A program made the translations under genes and the position numbers. A stretch of DNA of 63,602 nucleotides, counting the filler, from Salisapilia sapeloensis CBS 127946 (lineage: Eukaryota > Protista > Oomycota), in NCBI GenBank assembly GCA_023334545.1. It is 5 parts of 5 records of this genome, joined end to end, with 100 filler letters (N's around TTAATTAATTAA, not from the genome) between each part and the next. Parts side by side here need not be neighbours in the genome. Positions count along the whole stretch, not along the records: positions 1 to 15,577 come from JAADVB010000365.1; positions 15,678 to 32,884 come from JAADVB010000343.1; 3 more parts are not named here. One strand, 5' to 3'. Shown here one piece after another: positions 13,363-24,824 of this stretch; within the stretch, counting starts at the first letter, position 1, and each line of letters begins with the position of its first letter. The notes below the pieces were generated by a model. The model worked only from the letters and a program-made list of their open reading frames with translations. It was not told the origin of the DNA and did no database searches.

Positions 13363-15141
13363 ATGTTGGAATGTCTGACTTGCGGCGCTGCTGGGGCAGA
13401 TAACTTTAGTACCAACTTCTTTGGGGAACTCGTTTGCGACCTGTGTGGCACACAATCGACACTCCAGTCCCAGAATGAGACGCAGGAGGTCGATGATCCC
13501 AGCCAAGTGCAGTCTCTACGACGTACAACGTCTCGTAAGAAACGAAAGCGAGGTCGAGAGAGTCAACCGAGTAGCACGCAAGACTCGTTCTTCTCTGCTT
13601 CCCAATTATCTGCAGAAACAGAGGACGAACATGTGAATGAATATGTCGCTGAACGATTCATGGACCGTCGTCAACGACTCATGAAGATGCCTCGTGCCCA
13701 ACGGTTCACTGTCGCCATTGAGGATTGTGTATTGGCGTCACAAACGGTTTTACAAAAGCTTGCACAATGTCTAGTCGACCGATGTGGCTTCCCGAATGAC
13801 TATCTACGTGTCGTTCGGGAACTATGGTTTACTCTGTTGGAAATGTGGGAAACGAAGAGTCCGAGACCTCTGATTGATAGCTTTGAAGTATTTCTCAGTG
13901 CACGTGGTAGAACGTATGATAACCCAGATTTGCAAACTGACGCATTGGAGCAATGGGATGAGTCACAGCGTTCAGATAGAGAACAACAGGATACACCACG
14001 CGCCAATACGCACGCTGCTGCTGGCCACCTGCGTTACAGACATCATTTAAAAGAGCTAACGGCACAGCTGGGTCAGTTCCAACTACTGGACCTCCTGTGC
14101 TTACTCGTACTAGGCGCTCGTGTGCTCAACCTCGGTCTCCTTCCCTGCGATTTTACGCACTGGATACAAAAGGGGGAACTGCCTGCTTATAATTGTTTTC
14201 AGCTGCTGCCAGTGCACCTGCAACGGAAAGTGGACAACGTCATGAAGTTCTTCGACTTGAACGCCAACTTTAATCCGGTCACCACGGCATATATTACCAT
14301 GAAAACACATACGCTGTACCATCATCTTGAACTGAAGCTACCGCCTTTGAACGCTCCACTAGCTGCGAACAATCTCGCCGAAAATCTCGGATTCCCTCAG
14401 ATGGTCCTCACGCATCTCCAATGGCTTCTATCGAACTTCAATGTTGCCGGTGACTTACCGGAAGCGCCAGTGTCAAGTCTTGTTTATCAGACAGAAAATT
14501 GGTATGAATGGGCGGATGGCTACGGTGATGACGCCATCTTAGTCGACAACGCTGTCGCCATTGGAGCGCACGTTGTTGTAGCCGTCAAGCTGTGTCCGAA
14601 CTGGCATGAATTCATCTACCATCGCGTACACAATGAGTTTACGTTGCCGGATCGATTACTACTTCTGGACACGTTTCCTCGTGATCACGTGGAAGAATTT
14701 GTACGAAAAAGCGAAGTGATATTGAATAGTGGGAAGCAGTACAATGTACCGAGATTGTTCGACGAGCATGTAGCTGCATTGAAGGAGAAATATCATAAAG
14801 ACGGATTGTACGACAAGGCTGAAATGCACGAGCTATTCGCGTACCCAGCCACTTACCATCAAGGAACTTGTATCGAGGATGATGCAGCCATTAAAAATCG
14901 ATTGGAGAAACTTAAAACGGAAGCGGAAAAAAGGGATGAGGATGCTTACTTCTACCCTGTCTACCGTCTTCGATCGGAGGCATGCCATCATGCAGCCCAT
15001 GAAACGTTGCTCAGCGTCGTGGCAGAGTATATCGATACGCCCATTGCAGTACTAGCCGAGTGGGTGCATGCTTTGGACCAACGTATCGAATGGTTAGCTG
15101 AAAAACAGGTAATGGGAAAGGATCAACAACCAGTAGAGTAA
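13363..15141 (+). CDS. RNA polymerase I initiation factor RRN7/TAF1B-like
   Basis: N-terminal zinc ribbon CLTCG...GELVCDLCG; Q..LQKLAQCL...VVRELWF; LGLLPCDFTHWIQKGELP. The ATG at 13363 is preferred over the TTG start in the ORF track. Confidence 0.75.
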   Translation: MLECLTCGAAGADNFSTNFFGELVCDLCGTQSTLQSQNETQEVDDPSQVQSLRRTTSRKKRKRGRESQPSSTQDSFFSASQLSAETEDEHVNEYVAERFMDRRQRLMKMPRAQRFTVAIEDCVLASQTVLQKLAQCLVDRCGFPNDYLRVVRELWFTLLEMWETKSPRPLIDSFEVFLSARGRTYDNPDLQTDALEQWDESQRSDREQQDTPRANTHAAAGHLRYRHHLKELTAQLGQFQLLDLLCLLVLGARVLNLGLLPCDFTHWIQKGELPAYNCFQLLPVHLQRKVDNVMKFFDLNANFNPVTTAYITMKTHTLYHHLELKLPPLNAPLAANNLAENLGFPQMVLTHLQWLLSNFNVAGDLPEAPVSSLVYQTENWYEWADGYGDDAILVDNAVAIGAHVVVAVKLCPNWHEFIYHRVHNEFTLPDRLLLLDTFPRDHVEEFVRKSEVILNSGKQYNVPRLFDEHVAALKEKYHKDGLYDKAEMHELFAYPATYHQGTCIEDDAAIKNRLEKLKTEAEKRDEDAYFYPVYRLRSEACHHAAHETLLSVVAEYIDTPIAVLAEWVHALDQRIEWLAEKQVMGKDQQPVE

Positions 15142-15202
15142 AATAGCAAAAGGACAGATTAATGCAACAACCTTTCAGAAGCCAAACACAAGGCGTTGGA
15201 AT

Positions 15203-15577
15203 TTATCGAGTTACACGGATGTTTAATGAGCATCCGGTGCATGGCACAACGTCAATGCCGTCCTCGATCTCCTCCTGCGATATCTCATAAGAATCTCCAC
15301 ACCGGCATTGGTGCAAATAGATGACTTCTACTTCATCATCGCTGTCTCCACTAATAGTTTCCTGTTTCATTTCACAAAGCGGCACTTCTTCTGAGATGCG
15401 AATATCCTGCTCACGCTTTTCCTGCAGCTTTTCACGAACCAATTGCGCATCGTAAGCTGCTCGGCTATCTTCGTCTCGCAGCGTCTCATAAGCTTCCTGG
15501 ATATCGTGGAAGTGGCTCGGTGCATCCGATGCCTCGCCGTGCTTGTCCGGATGATGCTGCCTCGCTGCCTGGTGATA
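15203..15577 (-). CDS. DPH4: J-domain + CSL zinc-finger protein (DPH4/DNAJC24), 5' end lost at contig break
   Basis: YHQAARQHHPDKHG...FHDIQEAYETLRDEDSRAAYD (HPD J-domain) in frame with YLHQCRCGDSYEI...VVPCTGCSLNIRV (CSL zinc finger). Confidence 0.92.
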   Translation of the reverse strand, partial: YHQAARQHHPDKHGEASDAPSHFHDIQEAYETLRDEDSRAAYDAQLVREKLQEKREQDIRISEEVPLCEMKQETISGDSDDEVEVIYLHQCRCGDSYEISQEEIEDGIDVVPCTGCSLNIRVTR

Positions 15578-15677
15578 NNNNNNNNNNNNNNNNNNNNNNN
15601 NNNNNNNNNNNNNNNNNNNNNTTAATTAATTAANNNNNNNNNNNNNNNNNNNNNNNNNNNNNNNNNNNNNNNNNNNN
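15578..15677. other. Artificial contig linker
   Basis: 44 N + TTAATTAATTAA (stop codons in all six frames) + 44 N; identical at all four junctions. Confidence 0.98.
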
Positions 15678-15761
15678 GTGGCAGCTAACAATGCTGGTGC
15701 GGTCTTCTCCACCGTCCTCTTTCTGCTATACGTAAGCGCTTTTCCATTACACGAAATACCA
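15678..15761 (+). repeat. 84-nt direct terminal repeat of contig 2 (copy 1)
   Basis: gtggcagctaac...cacgaaatacca is identical to 32801-32884. Confidence 0.97.
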
Positions 15762-15975
15762 GTCGACCTCACTATTCTCACAACTTCTCTCCTAGCTCGC
15801 ATTTGCCTTTGCACTGTACAAGCATCGTGAAGTCGTGATTGCTGAACCACAGGAACATACTTCCAGCAGACAAGCCGAGCCAGTAGTGCCATACAACGCA
15901 AAAGACCAGTCTGCCGCAAGCACAGGCAAAGACAACATGACGATCGACGAAAAGCTCCAAGTCAACAGCGTCTGA
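15678..15975 (+). CDS. 3' part of a 4-TM membrane protein gene (continues the gene at 32358-32884 or a paralog of it)
   Basis: VAANNAGAVFSTVLFLLY, intron GTAAGC..CTCCTAG, then LAFAFALYKHREVVIAEPQE...DEKLQVNSV*. Confidence 0.8.
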
Positions 15976-16102
15976 AGAGTAAACAAAAATTAGCGATTCA
16001 ACTATATTATAAGCGTAAAAAACTTCAAAGCATCCTTAAAGGCAATTGGTATTCATCTACATGCAAAAGCAATGTCATTTTGCAATTACTCGACTTCCTG
16101 CT

Positions 16103-19100
16103 CTACTTGGGACTCCACATCCCGAGTCTTGTGTCAAACTGCATACGCAAGAACTTGTAGAACCTCGTCATTTGCTTTCGATCATGCGACTTGACAAACT
16201 CGTCCACTGTCAAGACACACACAGGCCACAGCAGAAACATGCAAATCCAGAGCAATGTCGGTAGCTCCTGTATCTTCATCACTAACGTCTGTCCCGACAA
16301 GGAAGCATAATGAATCCCCATGCCGATACACAAACACAAGTGCAGTAGGATCAGAACAACTGCCGTAGCAGTCCACACACTGTTGCGCAGAGGAGACATT
16401 GCAACGATGCTATCCGTTCGATGGAGGTAACTCATCGACGACACCAAGAGCGTTACTGCAAGGAAGAGAAAGAGAATTGTCTGAGCGATACCTTCCGCGG
16501 CCTCCACCACGTCAGTTCTAGCAACATCCGTGGCGTGGAATATAAAGTCGATCCATCCAAAGTTCGCGTACGTCGGATTTAGTCGGTCTCTAGCCGCTAC
16601 CATACAGAACGCATATGCTACTTGATAGCAGACAATTGCCATGAAAGTAGATGGAACATGTCGAAGTACAAAGTACGCTGTCAATCTCGGCATCTCTTCA
16701 GCTACTTCGATGTTCTCGTTCTTCCTCGGCGTACGCTCCATGATGGCATCAGCAGCTGGAGTGAAGAGCAGACTGATGCTCACAGCAGGCAGGAAGACAT
16801 ACAACAGATACAGCAAACAAGAGACATGAAGTAAAGAAGAACTAGGGAACGGGAGCACACTTCCGGCGAGCACGACTGTCGCCAGGAACAAGCTCGAGAC
16901 GAAGGCAAACGTCAGGAGCTGCGTATAGTTATCCAAGATCTCGCGCCCGACACGAAGAAGCTCCAGCAACTGATCAACACCTTTGCCTTCCTCGTCATTG
17001 TTCAAGTTAAATGCACATGACAAGGTGTTAATGAGTCGACTGAACCGACCGTCCTGTGCGCAAAAGGCACTTGGATCCGGTGGCAATTCCTTTTCAAAGA
17101 AACACCGGAGGTCTCCACTCGTAAGCGAGACAGCACAGTCTGCTTTCGAGAACAAGGCGCTATTGGCTTCATTAAAGGCCGATCCGACACCAAGAACAAC
17201 TTCTTCATGCTGTTGGAAGACTTCAATCATCTCTCGAACAGTCTCAGGTGTGCTGTCCGTATATAGTGACACGAGGAGCGGGACATTATCGACTTCATCC
17301 AAGTGCTTTTTGATCGCCTTGACACCATGCGGTAACCTCGCTTTGACGTCCCAATCCGAGTAGTTACTTTTCATCCGATGCGGATCTGGACTGTCATCCG
17401 TTAGCGGCCGCAAGGAAATCGCACAGTTCCAATCGGTTTCAATGCCCATCTTCTCCGCCAAGAGTTTCGATCGACGCATGTTTCTCGGACTAAAGTAGAC
17501 GAAGCGTACGCCACTGGCATTCAAGTCATCCAAGAATGACGGAATGGGTTTCTTCGGCTGGACGTTCGTTGCGACCATGCCGAGGAAGATTTGATCTTGT
17601 TGGATACTAGCTAATAAGTCTGAGTGTTCATGTGATGAAGTAGAAGAAGGTAGAAATGAAGATGAAAGAGCACCGACACGACTTTCATGTCGAAGTCGAG
17701 AAGAAGGAGAGCTTGCGTGGTGCAAACCACTTGTGCTCTTAGACTTGCGAAAGTCCTCTTTACCACTATCACTTTCGTTACTATCTTCTACTAGGTACAC
17801 TGGCGGCAAGACGTCCGTCTTTTTCGTCTGGAAAAGAGGCGTGTACTTGCTACTGACAGGAGCGTAGCTAAAGGCGACGACATCTAGGTCTTCACCTCGC
17901 CATTGAACATACATGTCATCTATCATCTTCCTCTTCTCTTTCGACAATGGGCATATACTCTTGCCGTCCCAATACTCACTGCAGTGTCCTAACGTTGTCG
18001 TTACATGTCCTCGACTAAGTACTTGATACCGACCAGATCGATTGTCGAGCAAGACTGTCGAGTCCAAGTGAGTCTTCAAGTTCCCTCGATACCGAGAGTC
18101 CTCTCGACCTTGATCATGTGTATCGATCGCATGATCATGCCTCGCGAGTGCAGGGCTGATCAGATGCAAGCTTTGTTGCTTTTGGAAACACGACAAGTCA
18201 GACGGAACGAACCCAATCTCCCGCGACAATTGCGTCAAGTGAGAGGGAGACGGGAGCATACGAAGGTGGGAAGACAGTTTCAACATACAAGCTTGCATCT
18301 CAGATGTCATGTCTGGATGCTCACGCTCTGCTTGAGACGTATCCGACAAATACTTTACATCCTTCACATACTGCGCGACAGGATCGACACTGTCGTTGAT
18401 CAAGATGTTGAGACCGAGCGGTTTGAGCAACGACAGATGCGCTCGCCACTTGGGGTCTTCAAACTTGAGTGAAGTCTCGTCATTCACGCTCTCTGCATGC
18501 AGGTCGAGGACAGTAGAAGACGAATGCGGTTGGTCGTTTAACAAGAACACTTCTTCGACACTAGGCGATTGCTCGCACAGGACGTCATCGTCGAAGCAGC
18601 AAAGCATGCTGGCGCTACCAAGTCGTTCGACGAGACGAAAGGATGAGAGAGGAATAGGCAGATGACGTTGATGCGCTTGACGACAAACGTGGAGACGAAA
18701 ACGAAGGATGAGATGCAAGTTGGACGCCACGTTGGTCCATTTCAAAGGACCGAGACGAATGGATTTGAAGGAAGAGTAGACGTCCTTGACTTTCTGTCCA
18801 AGTAGCGTCCAATAGCTGCTTTTCGAATAACCAAAGGACGTTCCAGGCGAGGCGTTGGAAGCAAAAGACGCTGACTTTTTACGTTTACGTGCTTTCTTAC
18901 CAGTTTCTCCTCGCTGTGCGTCTTCCAACGCCATGAGAATCGACGATAGAGCAGCTGCTTCCCCGACAAACGTTGTCACGGGTGACGTGAAGCATGTAAA
19001 GCATAGTAAGAGAGATGAGATGCCAGAAAGGAGCAAGTGGAACGTATGATCGAGAGAGGAAAAGTGGAAGAAGGTACGAGCGATCGTCGCGAAAGAGTAG

Positions 19101-20068
19101 AAGAGAATGTAAGCGAGACAGAGATGCTGAAGCGCTTGCTGTGCTACGATCAGAAGCTTTTCTGTGAATGTGCTCGGTCGATGGATACCGTTTAACGCTT
19201 GCTGTACGTCCTGAGACGCTGGTGTCTTCTGCATCTGGAACAAACGCATTTCACCACAAAGCGCCAGGAGCATCGTGTACTTGAACGTAACGTTGCAACG
19301 AGTTGTCTCGAGCATCTTTTCATCCACTGGAGGAATTTTGCTACCACGAGGATACACTTTCGGATCACTCGTGCCAGAGTTGATGGGAACGAGAGAGACG
19401 TCTCCAGGCGCAGTGTCTCCATCCGTGAGACCGATAATGTCACCTTTCACCAATAGATTCATCGGTAGACGCTGCCATTCCTTGTCTCGATAGCAAGCAA
19501 CGTACGAAGTGGATGGAAGTAACATGGTTGGCACCATGTCTTCTTTCGAGGTCGAAGGAGCGGCATGGCTGGTGGACGACACGAGATCCTGGACGGCAAC
19601 ACGGACTCTTTCGACCATTTCTTCATGCTGACGCTGTGTCTGGGTCGTCTTGAGGCTAGAGCTGATGATAGCAACAACAGAGATAACAAACGCTTGTGCA
19701 AGAAGAGAAAGGATGGACGCTTTGGTCGACTTATCGGCGCTGGATGTAGATACAAAATAGATGAGCTCCAAGACTCGCATAAATGCACAGGATAAGAGCA
19801 GTATAGAACGTGGATCTTTCCAATCGATGTATCCACGACAGATATGCTGATTTTCCTTGAGCTTATCCTCGACATCCGCCACTAACTTCTCTCTTGCCTC
19901 ACACGTAGACAATCCGAGAGGTGTACTTGCATCCTGTACAGTCTTCTCATCCAAAGACATGGTAGGATTGGAAGAAAACGTTTTATAATCAGCCTTCCGA
20001 GCCGTATCAAATGCCGTTTCAGCACTAGATGTAAATGATTGCTTCTGTCCAGTGCTCATACTTGACAT
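16103..20068 (-). CDS. TMEM94: TMEM94 (KIAA0195)-like P-type-ATPase-related membrane protein
   Basis: YRDKEWQRLPMNLLVKGDIIGL; GVRFVYFS...SKLLAEKMGIETDWNCAISL; ARLPHGV..IKKHLDEVDNVPLLVSLYTD; VLGVGSAFN..N; C-terminal TM bundle. Single 1321-aa ORF. Confidence 0.88.
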   Translation of the reverse strand: MSSMSTGQKQSFTSSAETAFDTARKADYKTFSSNPTMSLDEKTVQDASTPLGLSTCEAREKLVADVEDKLKENQHICRGYIDWKDPRSILLLSCAFMRVLELIYFVSTSSADKSTKASILSLLAQAFVISVVAIISSSLKTTQTQRQHEEMVERVRVAVQDLVSSTSHAAPSTSKEDMVPTMLLPSTSYVACYRDKEWQRLPMNLLVKGDIIGLTDGDTAPGDVSLVPINSGTSDPKVYPRGSKIPPVDEKMLETTRCNVTFKYTMLLALCGEMRLFQMQKTPASQDVQQALNGIHRPSTFTEKLLIVAQQALQHLCLAYILFYSFATIARTFFHFSSLDHTFHLLLSGISSLLLCFTCFTSPVTTFVGEAAALSSILMALEDAQRGETGKKARKRKKSASFASNASPGTSFGYSKSSYWTLLGQKVKDVYSSFKSIRLGPLKWTNVASNLHLILRFRLHVCRQAHQRHLPIPLSSFRLVERLGSASMLCCFDDDVLCEQSPSVEEVFLLNDQPHSSSTVLDLHAESVNDETSLKFEDPKWRAHLSLLKPLGLNILINDSVDPVAQYVKDVKYLSDTSQAEREHPDMTSEMQACMLKLSSHLRMLPSPSHLTQLSREIGFVPSDLSCFQKQQSLHLISPALARHDHAIDTHDQGREDSRYRGNLKTHLDSTVLLDNRSGRYQVLSRGHVTTTLGHCSEYWDGKSICPLSKEKRKMIDDMYVQWRGEDLDVVAFSYAPVSSKYTPLFQTKKTDVLPPVYLVEDSNESDSGKEDFRKSKSTSGLHHASSPSSRLRHESRVGALSSSFLPSSTSSHEHSDLLASIQQDQIFLGMVATNVQPKKPIPSFLDDLNASGVRFVYFSPRNMRRSKLLAEKMGIETDWNCAISLRPLTDDSPDPHRMKSNYSDWDVKARLPHGVKAIKKHLDEVDNVPLLVSLYTDSTPETVREMIEVFQQHEEVVLGVGSAFNEANSALFSKADCAVSLTSGDLRCFFEKELPPDPSAFCAQDGRFSRLINTLSCAFNLNNDEEGKGVDQLLELLRVGREILDNYTQLLTFAFVSSLFLATVVLAGSVLPFPSSSLLHVSCLLYLLYVFLPAVSISLLFTPAADAIMERTPRKNENIEVAEEMPRLTAYFVLRHVPSTFMAIVCYQVAYAFCMVAARDRLNPTYANFGWIDFIFHATDVARTDVVEAAEGIAQTILFLFLAVTLLVSSMSYLHRTDSIVAMSPLRNSVWTATAVVLILLHLCLCIGMGIHYASLSGQTLVMKIQELPTLLWICMFLLWPVCVLTVDEFVKSHDRKQMTRFYKFLRMQFDTRLGMWSPK

Positions 20069-20391
20069 GGAAAGAGAGATATCAAACGAAAGGCTCTAGA
20101 TAAATCCTTCTGTCCTACGATCTACCTCTGAAAGACTAAATCTGTTCGTCCACTACAAGACGTCTAGAAGCAAGCACAAGTACTGGATCCCGTCGCGCGA
20201 CCGTGTCGAACGTGACAGCAGTACTGTTGTTTTCCATTTAAATACGACGGTGGTATTCTCTGAAATTTTCGTAGATTGGTAGAAAATTGTAAATTCAGCC
20301 GTTGATTGGTCTAAAATGGATCTCGACCATTCCGGATGCTCCGGCCAGATTATCGTTGGCGAGGAAGGCGAAGAGCCCTCGTTACTTGATC

Positions 20392-20864
20392 ATGCCGAAG
20401 AATAAAGGGAAGGGAGGTAAGAACCGTCGTCGTGGAAAGAATGACAATGAAGAGAACAAGCGCGAGTTAGAGTTCAAGGAAGATGGACAAGGTACGATAA
20501 TATATTTGTTTCCACGGGCTTTCGGTCGATATTCAGGATGGGTGTAGAATATGCCCAAGTGGTGCGTATGCTTGGCAACGGACGTTTGGAAGCGTACTGT
20601 TACGATGGTGTCACACGGCTAGGCCACATTCGTGGTAAGATGCGCAAGAAAGTGTGGGTGAGCAATGGCGATATCATTCTCGTCGGTCTGCGCGAGTATC
20701 AGGATGGCAAAGTCGATGTCATCCACAAGTACAACGCCGATGAAGCTCGTAGTCTCAAGGCGTATGGAGAACTCCCGGACAATGCGCGTATCAATGAGAC
20801 GGCCGTGGATATGTCCATGGAACCGGATGAGGATGACATTGGCTTTGACTTTGATGACATTTAG
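20392..20864 (+). CDS. EIF1A: Translation initiation factor eIF1A, 2 exons
   Basis: [17 protein letters not shown]...[11 protein letters not shown] / [21 protein letters not shown]...[12 protein letters not shown]...[12 protein letters not shown]...DFDDI. Confidence 0.98.
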
Positions 20865-21019
20865 GTTGAAAGCAGACGAGATGCTTTTGGCATACGAGAA
20901 TTAATACAGCCATTGTGATCATTCCTACCAACGTCTTGAGCTTTATATTTTATTTATAGATACTTGTTCTTCCGTTATCTTCGCTCGTACCTCCGTTCCC
21001 TTGCTACGTTTCATCAGGG

Positions 21020-21471
21020 ATGAATATGCCGACGACACGAGCGAGTGGGAATAGGAAGAGGATGGCATCTGAGATTGGTAGTCTCTCTCCAGAGAATAAT
21101 AATCACGCAGAAGTGAAGCAGCCGAGACCACCAAGTCCGTTCATCCGGAAGAAATTGGATGATGCAAAAGCTTCCGACACGATTTATACGCCAGGTACAC
21201 ATTCAATCTGGACAGAGTTGTAGTACAAAGTAGATCACGTTGTTACCTTTATCTAGTAAGTGAACAAGGAGAGGTTGTACAATGGATGGGAGCATGTCAT
21301 TCAGACTTGATCGAAGCAGGTCGAGCCTTGGAGGCGAGAGGATACACGACATTAACGAGCATTGCTTTCTTGACGGAGGATGAAATCGAAAAGTATGTCC
21401 AAGATGCATCGAGGCGATGCCAGCTTGTCACAGCAGTCCGACGGCTGCGTCATGAACTCTTCCGGATGTAG
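21020..21471 (+). CDS. Small SAM-domain-like protein, 2 exons
   Basis: A 62-nt intron (21195-21256) joins MNMPTTRAS...DTIYTP to VSEQGEVVQWMGA...LEARGYTTLTSIAFLTEDEIEKY...RRCQLVTAVRRL, a SAM-like helical pattern. Confidence 0.6.
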
Positions 21472-21542
21472 CTAGAGATAGATTGTCGAATGATATGCAT
21501 GGTAGAGGAACGAGATGTACAGCAAGCTTTCACAGATTATAC

Positions 21543-24500
21543 TTAGAGATCCAAGACATCTTCTTCCTGATCACTATGCTCTACTTCATGTGTTTGGTCT
21601 GTAAAACCATCGTACTGGGCACTTTTAACAGCTTTGTTGTGATCATGATGATCGAAAGCATCGCTGTTGTCCTCGCCGTGATAACCTTGCTCGATGTTGT
21701 TGATATCAAATCCGGTGATAGAGTGGTCAGCATCAGTACTCTTTGTCTCTACTCCGCCTTCTACATGGACTTCCTGATAGTATTCATATCCACCTGAATT
21801 ATGTGTCCAAGCATGCATGTCGTTTTCATAACCACCCTCTTCCCAAGACTCCATTTGATTATGAAGATCATCTGCATGACTACTATAAGCTCCATTAACC
21901 ATGAGATGCTCCTCTACATTGATTGGATGCTGGTCTTTATCTAAACCGCCATCACCTGTGTCTTCTACAAACTCTCTGTCAGTACTTTCCGATGAATGCT
22001 GCGGTGCCTCGTGCAAAGGGAGGTTGCCATCTCCTAAGAGGAATGCATAGGCTTCACCATTATCGGCATCGACATGGATATCAGTTTGCTCTGCTAGCCA
22101 AGCATATTCACGTTCTTCTAGAATAGATATGACTTTGTCCATGAGAAATGCAGCTTCACTTCTGCCAACGTCTTCTTCTTCTACCGCCAGTTCTGTGCTC
22201 CGATCGTCCAGTAAGCTATCGATGCATTCGCTCCCTGTAATCTCTGCTATAGGATCCTGACTAGAATTTCTGTCATTGACTTCAGACATCAAATGCTGTT
22301 GCTCTAATGCGTCCTTATCCTGATTAATTATCATGTCGGTTCCTTCTTCTGGGTAAAGTGCCACATAATCAAGCAGCGTCATTGTGTCCGGGAAAGTATC
22401 ATCGTAATGGATAGATAGCAACGAAAGTTCGCTCTCAGCGTTTGTTCGATGGTACTCCGGTGCGTCTTCATTTACATTATCATCGACCGCAGTTGTAAAT
22501 AAACATATAGATTGATCCTCTAGATCATCGTCAAGGATCTGTTTATCAAGCAATTCCTGTGTCTCTACGCTTATGAAAGCTTTGTCGTCGCCAGATAATT
22601 GATTGGTGCCTTCCACAGACGAGATCATTTCCAAGAGAATACTCAATATTTCGGTCGATGCATCATCTTCTGAATACGTTGTCTTCGTTTTAGCTGGAGC
22701 GTTGAATGGAAGCGAGTGAGCATCTTCCAGACCAAGATACCGAGTCTCTCTTTCTTCCCATTCGGGAGTTGGATGATAGTCGGGGGTAGCATTGTAGTTT
22801 TGAGCGTCTTCATCTACCACTTTCCCTTTATCGGTCACAATGGGGTCATTTGCTCCCGTAGTTTCCACCATAGTCTTTACTTCATCGCTAGCAAGGACAA
22901 CAGCAAGAGAAGGAATCTCATTGCTACTGATGTCTACTTTCTCAATGTCCCTGTGCTTGCTGTCAATGTAGCTTGCAGTCTTGGTTGCGGCTGGTGCTAC
23001 AAGTAGACTTGTCTTGTCCCCTTGGGATTCTAATTCCAATGGCTCAGTGTCTGTAGTACGTTGATTTTGATCTTCAGTTGCAGATTCTCTTTCTTCATAT
23101 AGATTGGTAGTCCCGCCACGTTCACTAGAGCTATCTTCTACTGCTTCTTGTGGTGCTTCCTGCTTCCCACTGTCGATTTCCAATCTACTTTTGCTACCAT
23201 ATTCACTACTTAATCCCACAGCATTTTCTTCAGTTTTCACTCTTATCGGTTCTTCACAGCTTTTCGACTCATCAAGAGAAACCGAGGGAGATCCATTTAC
23301 TTTAAGTCCTTCATTCACCACCTCTGTATCTTCTAACAAGCCTCCGCCTTCTAGATTACTTAAACTGTCTACTTCGTTGCAATCACCACTACCTGAACGA
23401 ATGCTTTCGACATTTTGTGCCTGTATTTCTTGACTGGAAATTTCGATTCGAACTGTAGTTTCAACTTCATCTAAAGAAGACAGCTCCTGATTAAACTGTA
23501 CATGCTGTTCTGTCGTCTTAGTATCCACTTTAGTACCACTAGACTTCTTTTCATTAAATCGAAAGCGTGGACTAAAGAAAGGATCGGACGGAGACAAATG
23601 TCCACTTGAACGTCGACTACTATCAATTGGAGGCAACAACGATTTTTTCGCCAACATCACTTCTTCCACTATCGCGTTAGCCGTTGGGATCTGTAAGCGC
23701 TTTCTAAGAGACGATTTCGATGGACTTGAATTGTCTACAGGACTAAGCAGTGTCTTATAGTTCTGCGACGCAATCCGTTTGGGTGAATTGATTGTCGGTT
23801 CGTTTCGATTAGATTTGTGACGTGTTTTCGACACGATGTTCCGCTTTGCAGCCAAGTACGAGTTACGAATAGTTGTCGTAATCGAATGTGATGCACCAAG
23901 GTACTTGTCAGCGAGATCAACACCCTACAGCAAAAATTATTTCTTTTCCCAAAGATCATGAGGATAATACCAAACCTTTTTGTAGCTATCGATCGACTGC
24001 GTAAATTCCTTTAAGAATTCGTACTCGACTCCCATATTATGATAAGCAATGCACATCACCGAAACATTTTCCGATGTCATCGTTTCATCCTTTCCTTCCG
24101 CCTTCGCTACACTTTCTTGAAGCTTGACGAGAGCGTTCTTTGCCTGTGTAAGTGCTTGCCCATGCTCACCAAGCTGCGATAACACTGCGCATAGATTTAA
24201 ATGGATATCAGCTGTGGCAGTTGATGCCGTGCCAGATGACCTCCTGTGAATTGCAAGGGCTTTCTTGAGACAGGTTAGCGCAGCATGCAACTGCCCCTGC
24301 CTTCTGTGCAGACATGCTAGGTTGTTGTACGTTGTTGCTTTCAATAATGGATGGGAAGCTGATAATAGCTCTGCCTTTTGCAGCAACTCGTGTGTTGCTG
24401 GGAACTTATCTATGGAATGTCTGTGCGATTAGCTTGCAAGTATAGATTGTTCCTTAGGAAGATGTACCTTGCTGGAGAAATTGCATTGCGAGCAAGTTGC

Positions 24501-24824
24501 ATATTTCCGCGAGTGCTGCACGTGCAGTCGAAACTTCCTCGCTTTCGATACCAAAGACGTGTCGGCGCAGTACAAGTGCTCGCTCCATACAGTCGAAAGC
24601 TCGAATATAGTCACCCTAAATCATCGCACATGTTCAATATCCAAGGACAAACTCAGAGAAAAATCAATTTACATTTCTTTGGTAATGGATCGCTCGTTCA
24701 TCCAAGTGGTGTAGTGCATCTATCGTTTGGCGTTCTTCTGTGAGTTTTGATAAAGTCTATCAGTTACGCATTAATGACTATGTCAGTCGTGGGCTAGACT
24801 ATCGTATGAACCTACCTTGCTCAT
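21543..24824 (-). CDS. Kinesin-light-chain-type TPR protein with long acidic low-complexity C-terminus, about 5 exons
   Basis: MSK / TLSKLTEERQTIDALHHLDERAIHYQRN / GDYIRAFDCMERALVLRRHVFG...CNLLAMQFLQQ / ATTYNNLACLHRRQGQLHAAL; ADIHLNLCAVLSQLGEH; CIAYHNMGVEYEFL / then a 770-aa D/E-rich ORF. Confidence 0.8.

Noticed and set aside
15578-15677. TTAATTAATTAA motif repeated at four sites as a biological element
   Set aside because: Always centred in exactly 44+44 N. It is a six-frame-stop scaffolding linker.
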